NCBI GenBank assembly: GCA_009914755.4 | Contig: CP086569.2 | Location: 17,888,001-17,952,000 of the forward strand | Reading direction: 5' to 3' | From: the human T2T-CHM13v2.0 reference genome, Homo sapiens | DNA length: 64,000 nt | In this document: in pieces, positions 44,989 through 57,798 of the stretch | How the letters are laid out: each line of letters begins with the position of its first letter | Numbering within the stretch: position 1 is the first letter of the stretch | Notes under the pieces: model-generated | Databases searched by the model: none | Seen by the model: the letters and a program-made list of their open reading frames with translations, nothing else | Told to the model about the DNA's origin: nothing | Program-made: the position numbers and the translations under genes

Positions 44989-45570
44989 GTGGAATATATA
45001 TATACATACTATATATAGTGGAATATATATATATATACTGTATATAGTGGAATATATATATATACTGTATATAGTGGAACATATATATACTATAAATATA
45101 GTGGAATATATATATACACACACTATATATATATACACTATATATATATACACTATATATATACACTATATATATATACACTATATATATATACACTATA
45201 TATATAGTGGAATACTATGTAGCATAAAAAGGAATGAATTAACACCATTTGCAGTGACCTGGATGAGATTGGAGACTATTATTTTTAAGTGATGTGACTC
45301 AGAAATGGAAAACCAAACATCTTATGTTCTCACTGGTATATGGGAGCTAAACTATGAGGACACAAAGGTATAAGAATGATCCAGTGGGCTTTGGGGATTT
45401 GTGGGGAAGAGTGGGAGGGGGCAAGGGATAATAGACTGCAAATATCGTGTAGTGTATATCGCTTGTGAGATGTGAGCATCAAAATCTCACAGATCACTAC
45501 TAAAGAACTTACTCATGTAACCAAAAGCCACCTGTACCCCAGTAACTTATGGAAAAAAATTTTAAAAACT
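44490..45570 (+). mobile_element. L1 3'-end segment (ORF2 C-terminus plus 3'UTR) carrying a large internal AT-rich repeat expansion
   Basis: Contains 'cagcagtcccgctactgggtatcttcctagaggaaaacaagtcattattcaaaaaagatacttgcacacacactattatagttgcataattaacaatagcaaaattgtgtatccaacccaaatgcccatcaatcaacaagtggataaagaaa', then the repeat block, then 'tggaatactatgtagcataaaaaggaatgaattaacaccatttgcagtgacctggatgagattggagactattatttttaagtga' and onward to 'ccagtaacttatggaaaaaaattttaaaaa'. Confidence 0.8.
44647..45232. repeat. AT-rich palindromic or inverted-repeat expansion derived from L1 'tggaata(ta)n'
   Basis: A perfect 16-bp palindrome centre, 'attccactagtggaat', lies at about 44771..44786. It is flanked by about 4 units of 'tatatatattccacta' on the left and mirrored 'tagtggaatatatata' units on the right. 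The L1 stretch 'tggataaagaaactgg' at 44647 reappears inverted as 'ccagtttctttatcca' at 44878. A second inverted pair sits further out, 44901..44952 being the reverse complement of 45233..45284. Confidence 0.8.
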
Positions 45571-46959
45571 TGTATGTAAGAGCGTGATTAAATAATTATG
45601 TCTTAGATGTTGTTCATGACATTTTTTCTTTTTTCTTTTACCTTCCTTCCTTTTTTCCTCCTTCCTTTCCCCTTCCTTCCTTTTATTTTTTCTTTTCTAG
45701 CTTTCACTGATTGCCACTAGTTCCTGGTGTTCCTGGATTTGCAGCTGAATAACTCCTATTGCTGGCTGCATCTTCACATGGACTTTTTCTTTATCGTTTG
45801 CCTCTATCTCCATGTTTCCTTTCTTCTTAGAAGGACAGCATCATTGGCTTTATAACCAACCCTAATGAGGGATAACCGTATTGTAACTTGACTGACATTG
45901 GAATAACTTGTGTGGGTCAGAGTCCTATGAATAGGTGGAGTAACTTAGATTCCAAGACTGGATTCTAAACCTCGTCTTGATCACTGTCTGATACTGGGGA
46001 ATTTTCTCATCCAAACTTCATTTTTCTTATTTATCAAAGCATTGGTGTCAGCAATTCTCATTTCAATATATCCATGTAAAAGTTAAATGAAACTGTGTAA
46101 CATGAGGTTGTTGGAATGCCTTGGTCAGATCCTATATAAGATTCAAACATCACCAGATAAGCACCACAGAATAAACAGAGCATGCCTATTTTCTAACTCA
46201 CCCTGAATCAAAAGTTTCAAATATTTTTTCCCAAAAACTAAAAGTGTTGTTCTAAAGGACAAAACAGGATAATGACAGAATTCCTGGGAAAATTTGTTTC
46301 TTGAAGAATTAGCTTACTTGTTAAATTACAGCGAAGCTAGAAAGTGGCGTAAAATTCAGTACTTCCACTAATATGCACACATTGAGCCCATGTTCAATTA
46401 CATGCCATTATTGAACCAGCTCCAGTTATATAAAGCAAAGGGGCCTTTCTGGACATTCAACATCCGCCATCTTTTTTTGCACAGGGAACAGATTAAAAGA
46501 AATGAGAACACTTCTTGTTTGAGGCATTTTCCTTGCTGGTCCCATGGAGTTTGGCTGTGGGGTCCCAGCTCATTCTTTTGTTTTCCTCTTCTCTCTGTGT
46601 GAATGATGCTTTCTGCAGGGCCTATGTTTGTTCAGATATTTCTATGATGACCAACTCATCCAAGTTTGGTCAGGAACTTTCTTGTTCTACCTCTGAAAGT
46701 CCTGCACCCAGGAACTCACTCTGTCATAAGCAAACTGGCATGATTGTCATAGCCACCACAGGGTTTGACTGACTCTATCCTTTGTCAGAGGTAAACAGAA
46801 TTGAGGTGAGGTCCAAATGCTGTACCTTGTCTTGTACAGGAGAATAAAGTTACAACAAAAATCTTTTTTCTTCTATCACTTTTTATATTGCCTCATGTAA
46901 GATGAGACTCATCTCTTATTTGGCAGATTGTAAATTATGCATGTAGCACAATCTCTACC

Positions 46960-47990
46960 TACCTATGTAGCCAGTTTCCTAGCTGGCTACCTACCTATAT
47001 ACTTACAAACTTATCTATTTACTTAACTACCTACCTATCCACCTATCTATTTGTCTACTACCTACTAAATATGGCCTAAGTACCTATGTACCTATCTATA
47101 TTTCTTTCTATTTACCTACCTACCTACATATCTGCCCATCTATTTAGCTACCTACCCATCTACCTACCTCTGTACCTCTCTATTTACCTGTCTACCACTT
47201 ACTAAATATGACCTAAATACCTCTTGATTACAGATATTATATATCTTCTTACCTAATAGCATACCTAGCTGTCTACCTATCTACATATCTACATATTTAC
47301 TTAGCTACCTACCTTCTCACCTACTTACTAACCAAGCTACCTATATTCTCACTACGTACCTACCTACCTGCCTGTCTACTACATACTAAATATGACCTAA
47401 GTACCTATCTATATAGCCTTTCTATCTACTAAGCTACCTATCTATATAGCTGGTTAGCTAGCTACATACCAACTTATACCTACATACTTATCTACTTATC
47501 TATGTACCTATCAACTTATGAATATACCTACCTATCTACCCTACCTACCTATCTGCCTATGAAATATGACCTAAGTACTTATCTGTATACCTTTATACCT
47601 ACTAAACTACCTATCTACCTAGCTAATTAGCTACCTATCAATGTATACTTATCTACTTATCTACTTAAGTATCTACTAGTTATGAATATACTTACCTAAC
47701 TATCCACTTATCTACCCCACCTACCAGTATACCTGTTTACTACCTATTAAATATGACCTAAGCACCTATTTATTTATCTTTCTACCTACTAACCTACCTA
47801 CCTACCAAGCTACCTACTAAACTACCTATTTATCTACCTACTTACCGAACAATCCACCTACCTACATGCCTACCTGTCTAAGTACTGTGTTTGCTAACTA
47901 TTAAATATGACCTAAAAACCTATCTATATACCTTTCAACCTACTTACCTACCTATCCACCTACCTATATAAACCCACTACCTATCTACAT
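46960..47990. repeat. TACC/TATC-rich low-complexity tract organised as a higher-order repeat of about 175-190 bp, roughly 6 units
   Basis: A conserved motif, 'tactaaatatgacctaagtacctatctat', recurs at about 47063, 47200, 47383, 47560, 47748 and 47897. Between copies the sequence is (c)tacctacctatctac-type. Confidence 0.8.
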
Positions 47991-49741
47991 ACCTATGGGA
48001 AACCTAGATCCCAAGAAAAAAGTCAGTTTTGGAAATCAAATCCCAGACCCTGTTATTATATTGTCAGGTTAAGATGTAGTTATCCTTTCTTTTTCATTAA
48101 CTCCTCTGTGGCAACACTTGCATACTGTCACCCACATTTCTGGTCAAGTGTATACCTGACTTGGGAATTGACGGTTGGAGGGAAACTTAGCCACTGTCAT
48201 TGGCCTGAATCCCCCAATATCTTGGTCCTTGCATCACCCATTGTTCAGCCATTTGTGCCTAGTCTTGGCTGCCCTCAATGGGCAACAGTCAACATTACAG
48301 GGCTCTGATAATAAACACCTCAACAGTTTCCTCGATGTCCTTTGTAAAATGCATACTCACTTACACCATGCTTCACACATTGATTTGAAAAAAGAGATTC
48401 AGTACCTGATTTAAATATACCACCAATTTAGTAAACTACATGATGCAAAGCATTGAGTTGTCAAATCATACCCTCTGGAGTCAACCGGGCCAGGCTTTAA
48501 TGAGAATGTCACAGGAATGAGTCATTTTGCAACACAGTAAAGAAGGGAGTTTCTTTTCTTCCATCACCACTACTCAAGTTTCCTCTTTGCACATTGTATG
48601 TTTCTAGCCAGGTTGATGGATGAGGTTTCTAACAAAGACCAATGACCCCTTTACCATCAAAAAATAAAAATTTGGGGTCAGAAAATATATTTTTTTCTTT
48701 ACTCAGTTGCACAGCTTAGTTAAATGTGTCCAGGGAGCTATTTCACATAAATCCATAGATGCCATGTTTCTTTGCCGTAAAAGGTTCCTAAACAACTAGG
48801 TACATCATGCTGAAACAGACCATAGATAAGGATTATTTTGCTAGCAAAAACCATTTGGTTGGTTCACTATAAGGTCTGCAAGGAGGATAATTAGAATAAA
48901 ATGAGCCTGAATCTCTTGTGCTAACTCCCACACCAAAGGAAATAAATGGGTAGAAAGCCTGTTACTTTAATTGTTGGCTTCCCAGTGAAGAAACCTAAAG
49001 ATTTTTATTGATATTAATATACACAGGCACTATCCCAACATTCTCTCTCTCTCCCTTAACTTAGTTAGCTTTAAGCCTTCCAAGTCTATAAAAGTACACT
49101 TTAAGTTAGTTAAAGTGTAGAATTTGAAGAGTTGATAAAGACATCTCTAAAGATGACCAGGAGTGAATTAATCACATTAATTCCATTCTGCTCAAAACAT
49201 ATTACAATGAGGAAAAGCATGAAAGAAAATATCAGAGCAAAAAGAAAAAAAGGATAATTACATGACTTTGCTATAGAGTCCTACTCCTCTTTTCATTATA
49301 TCTCTTTTCTACATCCACCTTGGCAATCTACTGGTACCTCTATGTTCAGATCCAAAATTATGACCTGCCCCTGGGATTCCCTCTCTTGCTCTTGGTCCCA
49401 CTTACATGTTCCAATGTCTTACATAGCATTACCAAAAACAAGCACAAATCCTTAGAGATCCTTGATTTTTTTTCTTCTTATTAATGGGTCAGCGAATGTC
49501 TGTAGAATCCAAGTCTTGCACTATATTGATTCAATCATTTTCTTTCATTGATTTTTTTCTGTAAGAGTCACAAACTTCAGCTTCCTGAGTCCCAAGAATT
49601 TGAAGATACATTCTGGAGTGTTTCCCAATGTAATTTGTTAGTAGCTGCTGCACATTATGTTTATTGTTTTAGTTTGAGTAGACCCTTCTGTCAGGGAAGG
49701 TCTGTCCAGTGCATGAAGGAAGGACTATCTGGGTTGCGGGA

Positions 49742-50040
49742 ATTTTTTTTTTTTTTTTTGAGACAGAGACTCACTCTGTCACCCAGGCTGGAGGGCAGTG
49801 GCATGATCTTGGCTCACTGAAAGCTCTGCCTCCAGGATTCACACCATTCTCCCTTCTCAGCCTCCTGAGTAGTTGGAACTATGGGCATCCGCCACTATGC
49901 CTGGCTAATTTTTTGTATTTTTACTAGAGAGGGGTTTTCACCACATTAGCAAGGATAGTCTTGATCTCTTGACCTCGTAATCCACCTGCCTTGGCCTCCC
50001 AATGTGCTGGGATTACAGGCTTGAGCCACCACACATAGCC
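49742..50040 (-). mobile_element. Alu (minus orientation); TSD about 'tgggttgc'
   Basis: Poly-T followed by 'gagacagagactcactctgtcacccaggctggagggcagtggcatgatcttggctcactgaaagc' and ending 'gggattacaggcttgagccaccacacatagcc'. Confidence 0.85.
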
Positions 50041-50261
50041 TGGGTTGCTGTTTTATTTGCAATTGCAGATGGCTTTCTCCTCAACTTCCATCTAGGGTGC
50101 CTTCTCTAGAGCCCATGATAAATTATGTTGTCATACATTTTATTAATTAAAAAAATTAAAATTATCTCAGACCTCATGGGATTCCCTTACCTAACACACA
50201 TTCCCTTACCTCCCTAAGTTCTAATTTCTGGAAGCCTCCACTTGCCTCTGGTACTCATAAT

Positions 50262-50362
50262 TTTTTATTATACTTTAAGTTTTAGGGTACATGTTCACAA
50301 TGTGCAGGTTTGTTACATATGTATACATGTGCCATGTTGGTGTGCTGCACCCATTTTAGCAA
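50262..50362 (+). mobile_element. L1 fragment
   Basis: Sequence 'ttttttattatactttaagttttagggtacatgttcacaatgtgcaggtttgttacatatgtatacatgtgccatgttggtgtgctgcacccatt' is near-identical to the L1PA consensus. Confidence 0.8.
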
Positions 50363-52029
50363 AATTATTTTTACGCTAAACACTTTTGGAACATTTCCTT
50401 TACTTTATTTTTCTTATTGAAAGCTTGGCCCTTCCTTGGGAAGTAGCAATTCATTGGCAGCACCTTTCAATAGAGACAGTTCTCTTTTTCAGTTTTCTCA
50501 TCCCCAGGGCTAGAGGCGGCATGATCTCCTTTTGCCTGATGACAGCTTCCTGCAGAATCTCCTTTTTTAAAAAGGCCAGCTTTGGAGCTTATATTATTGG
50601 TCATGTTGGCTATGTCACTTTCCCCCTCCCTCCTAAGGGACAACCATGGAGGAATCCATTGTTTGCTGAAAATTTTAGCATGGGATTCACAGACACTACT
50701 TTTGTTTTAGTAAGTGAATATTTTAAAATTAATGGAGTTTCAACCTCAGGTACATATTGACATCTTGGAGGAGATTTGAAAATTATAAAGCCTACAAAAT
50801 AATAAAGCCTCTGTCCTCAGAGAGTTTCAGATTCTGTGACTTGGACTCTGCTTTCAGAAGTTCCCCAACTGAGCATAATGCATAGCCAGGATTGAAAACC
50901 ACACACATAAATGGTCTTTTCAATACCTTGGTTATTTCAGTTTCTTGATCTCTTGCATGGTTTTCCTTGTTGCTAATTCTGACATGCATTCCTATATTCT
51001 CAACCTTCTCATTACTCACAACCAAAAAGCATAGACAATCTTTCCAGTGCATTCATATTTCCATTTCTTTATGTCTTCTCTTGCATATTTTTTATTTTTC
51101 CTGACTCTGGAATGCATGCCCATAATCTCCACATTCTCATTACTCATAACTCTGACATCAGTTTTAAAGATTTACATCCTCTAATTACCATTTATCACTT
51201 TTTCTTTTCTGTTCCTCATGCTGACAGTCTTCAGTTCTGCTAGGACTGAAACTTACTGTTTTTGGTTTGATTTTTACCATTGCATTGCTATTTGTTGCCC
51301 CGTTCCTGTTCTTATGGCTACTCTTATTTACCTTCAATGATGTGTGCCACCATGATATTCCTTGTTTGCCTTCACCTATAACTCCATTTACTCTCTGGAA
51401 AGGAACCTCATTTGAAAACATGAAAAAAAAATATGATGACAGATTGGTATTTTGTTATATAGAATAGACAAGGTGATAACTGCAGTAAGAAAATCATATA
51501 CTAATTCAGAGTCCCTTAAGATAGCAAGGGTTTGTTTCTAACTCTTGACAACTGTTCAGAAAAGTTATTTCCCATGCAGATGGCTCTGTTCCTAATTTGT
51601 AGCTCAACAATCTGGAAAAGGTGGCCTCCTTAGTGTATACAGGAAAGGAAGGAAAACTGGATAACTCCACATAGAATTGTTTGTGTGTATTTCATTAGTG
51701 AGAAATAGGTGTATCATCTCACTGAATAGCCAGGAGCCTGAGATGCAGTCTCTTCAAGGCTGGAAGGGATGACAATCATTTACTGATGAATACTAGTAAT
51801 TGTGGGGGATTTTGGGGGGTTTACAGATCATATTATTTATTTTTTCAACTATCTTACTTTATTCCAGATTACGGGTAACAGGCAATAACAATATATTATT
51901 AGGTAACACAGTGAATTGACTCCTCTGCTAATCCCTTGATTTAAAAAAAAATTTTCAAAAGTTTTGAAGGGAAAGGTGGTATTTGCTGCACAGAAAAGTT
52001 CTTCAGTGGTGATTTCCAAGATTTTTGCT

Positions 52030-52494
52030 GCACCCATCCACCGAGTAGTGTACACTTTACCCAATGTGTGGTCTTTTACTCTCACCCCCACTTCCACCCT
52101 TCCCCCCAAGTCCCCACAGTCCCTTATACCATCCTTATGCCTTTGTGTCCTCATAGCTTAGCTCCCACTTATAAGAGAGAACATGTAATATTAGGTTTTT
52201 TATTTCTGAGTTACTTTGCTTAGAATAATGGTCTCCAACCCCAACCAGGTTGCTGTGAATGCCATTATTTTTTTCCTTTTTATGGCTCAATAGTAAGTTA
52301 GTGTATATATATATTACATTTTCTTTATTCACTTGTTGGTTGATGGGCATTTAGTCTAAATACTTATTTTAGCAATTGAAAATTTTACTGTTGTAAACAT
52401 GCTTGTGCAAGTGTCTTTTTTATATAGACACTGACTTAACTTTTCTTTGGGTAGATATCCACTAGTGGGATTGGTGAATCAAATGGTAGTTGTG
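52030..52494 (+). mobile_element. L1 fragment; the same copy continues at 53020..53178 after an inserted LTR-like element
   Basis: Contains 'cgagtagtgtacactttacccaatgtgtggtcttttactctcaccccc', 'catagcttagctcccacttataagagagaacatgtaatattaggttttttatttctgagttactttgcttagaataatggtctccaac', 'ttgttggttgatgggcatttag' and 'gggtagatatccactagtgggattggtgaatcaaatggtagt'. Confidence 0.65.
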
Positions 52495-53020
52495 ATGGTT
52501 AATATTGAGTTCAACTTGATTGGATTGAAGAATGCAAGGTATTGTTCCTGAGTGTGTCTGTGAGGATATTGACAAAGGAGATTAACATTTGAATTGGTGG
52601 ACTGGCAGAGGCAGATCACCATTATTCTTGGTAGCCACCATCTAGTCAGCTGCCAGTGCAGCTAGGATAAAAGCAGGCAGAGGAAGGTGGAAGAACTAGA
52701 CTGGCTGAGTTTTCTGGCCTCCATCTTTCTCCCATGCTGGATGCTTCATGGCCTCAAACATCAGGCTACAAGCTTTTGGACTTTTGAACTTACACCAGTG
52801 GTTTGCCAGGGGCTCTCAGGCCCTTGGCCACAGACCGAAGGCTGCACTGTTGGCTTCCCTACTTTTGAGATTTTTGGGATTCAGAATGGCTTCTTTGCTC
52901 CTCCGCTTGCAGATGGCTTATTGTGGGATTTCACCTTGTGATTATGTGATTCAATACTCCTTAATAAACTCCCTTTAATATTTATATCTATCCTATTACT
53001 CCTATCCCTCTAGGGAACCC
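52495..53020 (+). mobile_element. Probable MaLR-type (MLT1-like) LTR inserted into the L1 fragment
   Basis: Contains 'ctggcctccatctttctcccatgctggatgcttcatggcctcaaacatcaggctacaagcttttggacttttgaacttacaccagtggtttgccagg', 'tgcagatggcttattgtgggatttcaccttgtgattatgtgattcaatactccttaataaactccc' and 'ctctagggaaccctgactaatacag'. It splits collinear L1 sequence. The family call is from memory. Confidence 0.4.
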
Positions 53021-53175
53021 TGACTAATACAGTAGTTCTTCTAGTTCTTTAAGGAATCTCTGTACTGTTTTCCACAGTGGTTGTACTAGTTTACATTCCT
53101 GCCAGTAGTATAAAAGTGTCCACTTTTCACCACATCCAGGCCAACATCTGTTATTTGTTCAGTAAGACTGAGCAC

Positions 53176-53178
<3 letters not shown>
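53020..53178 (+). mobile_element. L1 fragment (continuation)
   Basis: Contains 'ttctagttctttaaggaatctctgtactgttttccacagtggttgtactagtttacattcctgccagtagtataaaagtgtccacttttcaccacatccaggccaacatctgttatttg'. Confidence 0.7.
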
Positions 53179-53458
<280 letters not shown>

Positions 53459-56400
53459 CCCATTTTCTTGATCAGCAATTGAAGGTCAGAGTTGTAATCT
53501 AATTTATTCAAACTTCACTACCATTAAGAATGATAAGATGTCAATAACGATTTGCCTATAAGTTACACCATGAGTTCTACTCCTATAGCAGAACAATTAA
53601 GCCCAGAACAGAATGTCACACCTGGATTAGAGGTGTGATTTGAAGACCAGTGTCATGTTTCTTCTTTGTGCATTCATTTGTGATAGACACCTTAATTTTT
53701 AGTATCTTCAGAATGAGCTCCATTTTGGTTCCCAAAGCTCCTGGTTGTTTCATCCTAAACAAGTTCACATATTTGAGTTGTCTTCCTGACCAAGAAAGCC
53801 ATCTGAGCTTGTGGTTCTACCTTTTAACCTCTATAAGGCACAATAACCTGAGATGCAATAACCCAAGGCAAGTTTATTTTGGTGGAATATCAATCCTATC
53901 TGCTAACTAGCTTTAAAACAAATACCTCTACAATTAATTTGTTTAATCTGTTGCCAACCAGCTGAAAAAGTACAATAAAAACTGATTACTTGTTTTATTT
54001 CTTGAGACCTTGATGCTGCAAATATTAGACCAGCCATGGCACACAAGCCTTGAATAAACCAGTTGAAAAAAATTTCATTTAAATGACCAGCATCCTCCTC
54101 ACTTTGTCTCCTGATCTTAGTGAACTGATGTTATCCTTTCCAATAAATAATATTTCAGGATTATGAGTGCTTTATTGTGTTGATCTCTTCCCTCCAAGGA
54201 GTAGAGTGGACATCAGGGATCATCTACTTAATACTGGAACTTGACTCTGTCTGATTTAGCTTCCAGCTTCAGAAGCATTTTGGTTTTAATTGTGTTTACC
54301 TTTTAATGACTACAGTCAAAGATCAGCAATAATAAATATTCATCTACCACTGCATCTGAGGGAGAGGTGCTCCAAAAATCAACTGCAGTAAGTTAAAACA
54401 TCATCAGTCGCATTAAATATCACTATTTATACAATTCTTCTCCTTGTACTCTTGTCTCAGGAAATTGTTTGGAAATGCAAATTCAGACTTTAAGGTCACA
54501 GTCAGGGATATTCTGTAACTCTGGATTGAATGAATATTTCAGACATCCATACCTAGTACCCAAAATATTCTGTTTCATGAAACTTTGGCAAATAACTGAG
54601 GCAGGGAGGAGTATGGGGGTTAATGTATATTGATTAGGAAACAGCAGGTCATCAAACTTCTTTTCCCAGCATTTTGAACAAGATTTTGAACTGTTCCTAC
54701 CCTGCTTACACCAGAATAAAAATTTCCATGACTTTACTGATGTGTGGATTCTTTTTACTGGCTACATGATCACAGTAAGTTCACAACCCCAATGCCTCCC
54801 TTTCCTTACCTGTTAACAGGATCACAGTGCATCCATCATGAGGCTACAATTAGGTAATACAAGCAGAGAGGGTGGCAGAAATCCTGTAAAGAGAAATACC
54901 CCCCAAAGACATTGGCTGTTACGATTAATCCATTCTGCCTGCAGTACTGTTCTAAGAAGTCACAGAACAAAATCAGCTACCCAGATTCACAAGTAATTCC
55001 ATCTGATCATGCACATCTAACCATTTCAAAAACATGGAAACAAAAGTTACCAGTTGATGGAATGTGCTGAATACAGGAAAATAGTGTTCCATCTGCTGAT
55101 TTATTGACCTTCCAGTTGAACAGAAATAGTGAATCCCTGTATAGAGTTAAAATTCTTTTCACATACAAACTTCCATCCATTAAGTGTGGTTGAACCTCAA
55201 ACAACATGTTGGATATTGATTCCTGAATAGAAACTCTAAATATAATGCTTAATGCTTGTAGGATTTACTGTGAATATATTTACATGTTCTTACAGGAGTT
55301 AAATGTCAGGATTTAAAGGTTATGCCAATGGATTGTCCACATGGATTCCAAAATTGATTCTTACTAATCTCTTTCTTCATTTTTCAGTCAGAAAATATGA
55401 TTTAATTCACGAGCATGATGTTGTAATCAAGACCACATTAGAATCCCAGGGTTAGCTCTTACCCTGTTTGTCACCATGGGCAAACCAAGATGTCCAAGAT
55501 CTCTCATCTGAAAGGTGAAAATAAAAAATATGTCCTACATAGCTCTTTCAGTTATTATGAATATAAAATGACTGATTGCGTATGTGATGGCTTTATAAAT
55601 TATAAAGTGCTATGATATGTAAGACTCTTGAATTGACTCCAAAATGTATGAGTGGAGCATGTCTTCTCTTTTCTCCTAATTTATTTGGATTTCCTTGTCC
55701 ATTATCCCTGGACTGTTTGCTCCTCAACTTTTTAGGCTACCAAAAGAAAGTCCTAAAGTTGGTAGAACTAGCTTTTCCTAACTTGTCCCTGGAGGTGCTG
55801 GAGAAAAGCAGCATGGCAAATGGTGGTAACCTTAAGTTATGACAATGACCCCTAAGGTAGACTGTGGTACTGCCCAGAAGTCCTACTATATTATCTTTCT
55901 TAATTTAGTCTCCCAATCCCATGCAAGCCAACTTTGCATTTTGTCCTTTCTGCTTAAACTTCTAAAGCCTGTTTGTGCTCTTCAAACTTGGCTAATGACC
56001 TCGTTTTGGGTTTCTCTAAGAAAAAAAAAGCATATTAGAGGGAATTTGCTCATTGTATTTGTCCATTCTCACACTATACCTGAGACTGGGTAATTTATAA
56101 AGAAAATAGGTTTAATCAGCTTGTGGTTCTGTGGACTGTACAGGCTTTTTCTTCTGGGGGAGGCCTCAGGAAACTTACAGTCATGGTGGAAGGCAAAGGG
56201 GAAGTAAGAATGTCTTTACATGGCTGGCAGGAGAGACAGAGAAAAGTGTGACACTTTCAAACAACCAGGTCTTGTGAGAACTTACTTATGAGACACCACT
56301 AGGAGGATTGTCCTAAACCATTAAAAATTACCCTTATATCCAATCTCCTCCCATCAGGCCCCACCTCCAAAGTTGGGAACTACAGTTGAACATGAGATTG

Positions 56401-57502
56401 GGGTGGGGACACAGAAACAAACCATATCATCTGTGGTATCACATCTATAGGTATTCTTCTTGAGGAAATAGTTAATGTGGTAGGTCTATTTTACTTAATT
56501 CTAGCTTATCTCTGCAGCCTTGACAATGACCCTTGATCAAACTGTGAGAACAACACTAGTGAAACATTCAGATATGTATTTTATGTATTAGTCAGGGGTC
56601 TCTAGAGAAACAAAAACATATAAGATATATACAGTGATATATAGAAAGATATTTATTATGGGGAATTGACTTACATTACTATAGAGGCTGAGACATCCCA
56701 CAATCTGCCTTCTGCAATTTGCAAGCCCAAGAATGCTTGTGGTGTAGTTACAGTCTAAATGAAATGACTGAGCACAGAAGACAGATGTCCCACATACAGA
56801 AGAGAGAGTAAATTTGCTCTTAACCTTTAATTTTAATTCTTTTATTCAGTTCAGGAATTCAAGGGATTGGATAATGCCAACGTACATTGGTGAGAGCAAT
56901 CTTCTTTATTCAGTCTACTGACTCAAATGTTAATCTCCTCTGGAAACACCATCACTAACATATACAGAAATAATGTGTTTCTCACTATTTGGGCATCCCT
57001 TAGCTCAGACAAACTGACAAAAAAAAATTGTCTATGCCACTAGGAAAATATGTTGTTCTGTATACCCAAGCAGTGGGTCAAGATGAACTGGTCTGTCAAC
57101 CTTATTTGCTGTAAATATGATGATTCATGATGTGAGCCTTTTGTGGTTTTTGGGCTCAGCACCATGGCTAGTCATCTAAGAATATATACGTATTTGAGTA
57201 GCCTTCTTTTATAACTCTGAACCCTGGGACTTGAGTTAGATTCCCTGTGTAGAAATCTTGCATGCGTCTTTAAGGTTTATGCTGGAGAGTGTGACCATCA
57301 CAGAAAAGGAGAAGGAAGTTTCAGAAAATTATGTGATTTTCCCAGCCTTTGTCTAGGAATGTATTTTTCCTGTTGTTCCTTTCTGAAATATCCACTCCAC
57401 TTGGACACTCGTGCTTATATCCTCTCATCTACACAAGGATGATTCATCTATTATATCCTCTCTCTTTTCTCCATGGATAACCTTTTCCATCATCAATACT
57501 TG

Positions 57503-57798
57503 TTTTGTTTCAGAGACAGGGCCTCACTGTGTCACCTGGGCTGGAGTGCAGTGAGGCAATCACAGTTCACTGCAGCCTCAAACTCTTAGGCTCCAACCAT
57601 CCTCATTCCTAAGCCTTCCAAGTAGCTGATACTATAGGTGAGCACCACCATGACCAGCTAATTTGTTTATTTTTATTTTTGTAGAGATGGAATCTCACCA
57701 AGTTGTCCGGTCTGGTTTTGAAATCGTGGCCTTAGCCAATCTTCCTACCTCTGCTTCCCAAAGTGTTAGGAATATAGGCATGAGCCATTGTGCCTGGC
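57503..57798 (-). mobile_element. AluJ-like (old, CpG-poor), minus orientation
   Basis: Begins 'tgttttgtttcagagacagggcctcactgtgtcacctgggctggagtgcagtgaggc' and ends 'taggaatataggcatgagccattgtgcctggcc'. Confidence 0.8.

Noticed and set aside
44567-45292. ORFs encoding 'YIYIYIY...' peptides on both strands
   Set aside because: These are translations of the (TA)n / 'tggaatatatat' repeat block.
50386-50760. 124-aa plus-strand ORF in non-repeat sequence
   Set aside because: It has no recognisable domain, is low-complexity and hydrophobic, has no Kozak-like context, and its length is within the chance expectation for AT-rich mammalian DNA. There is no supporting signal.
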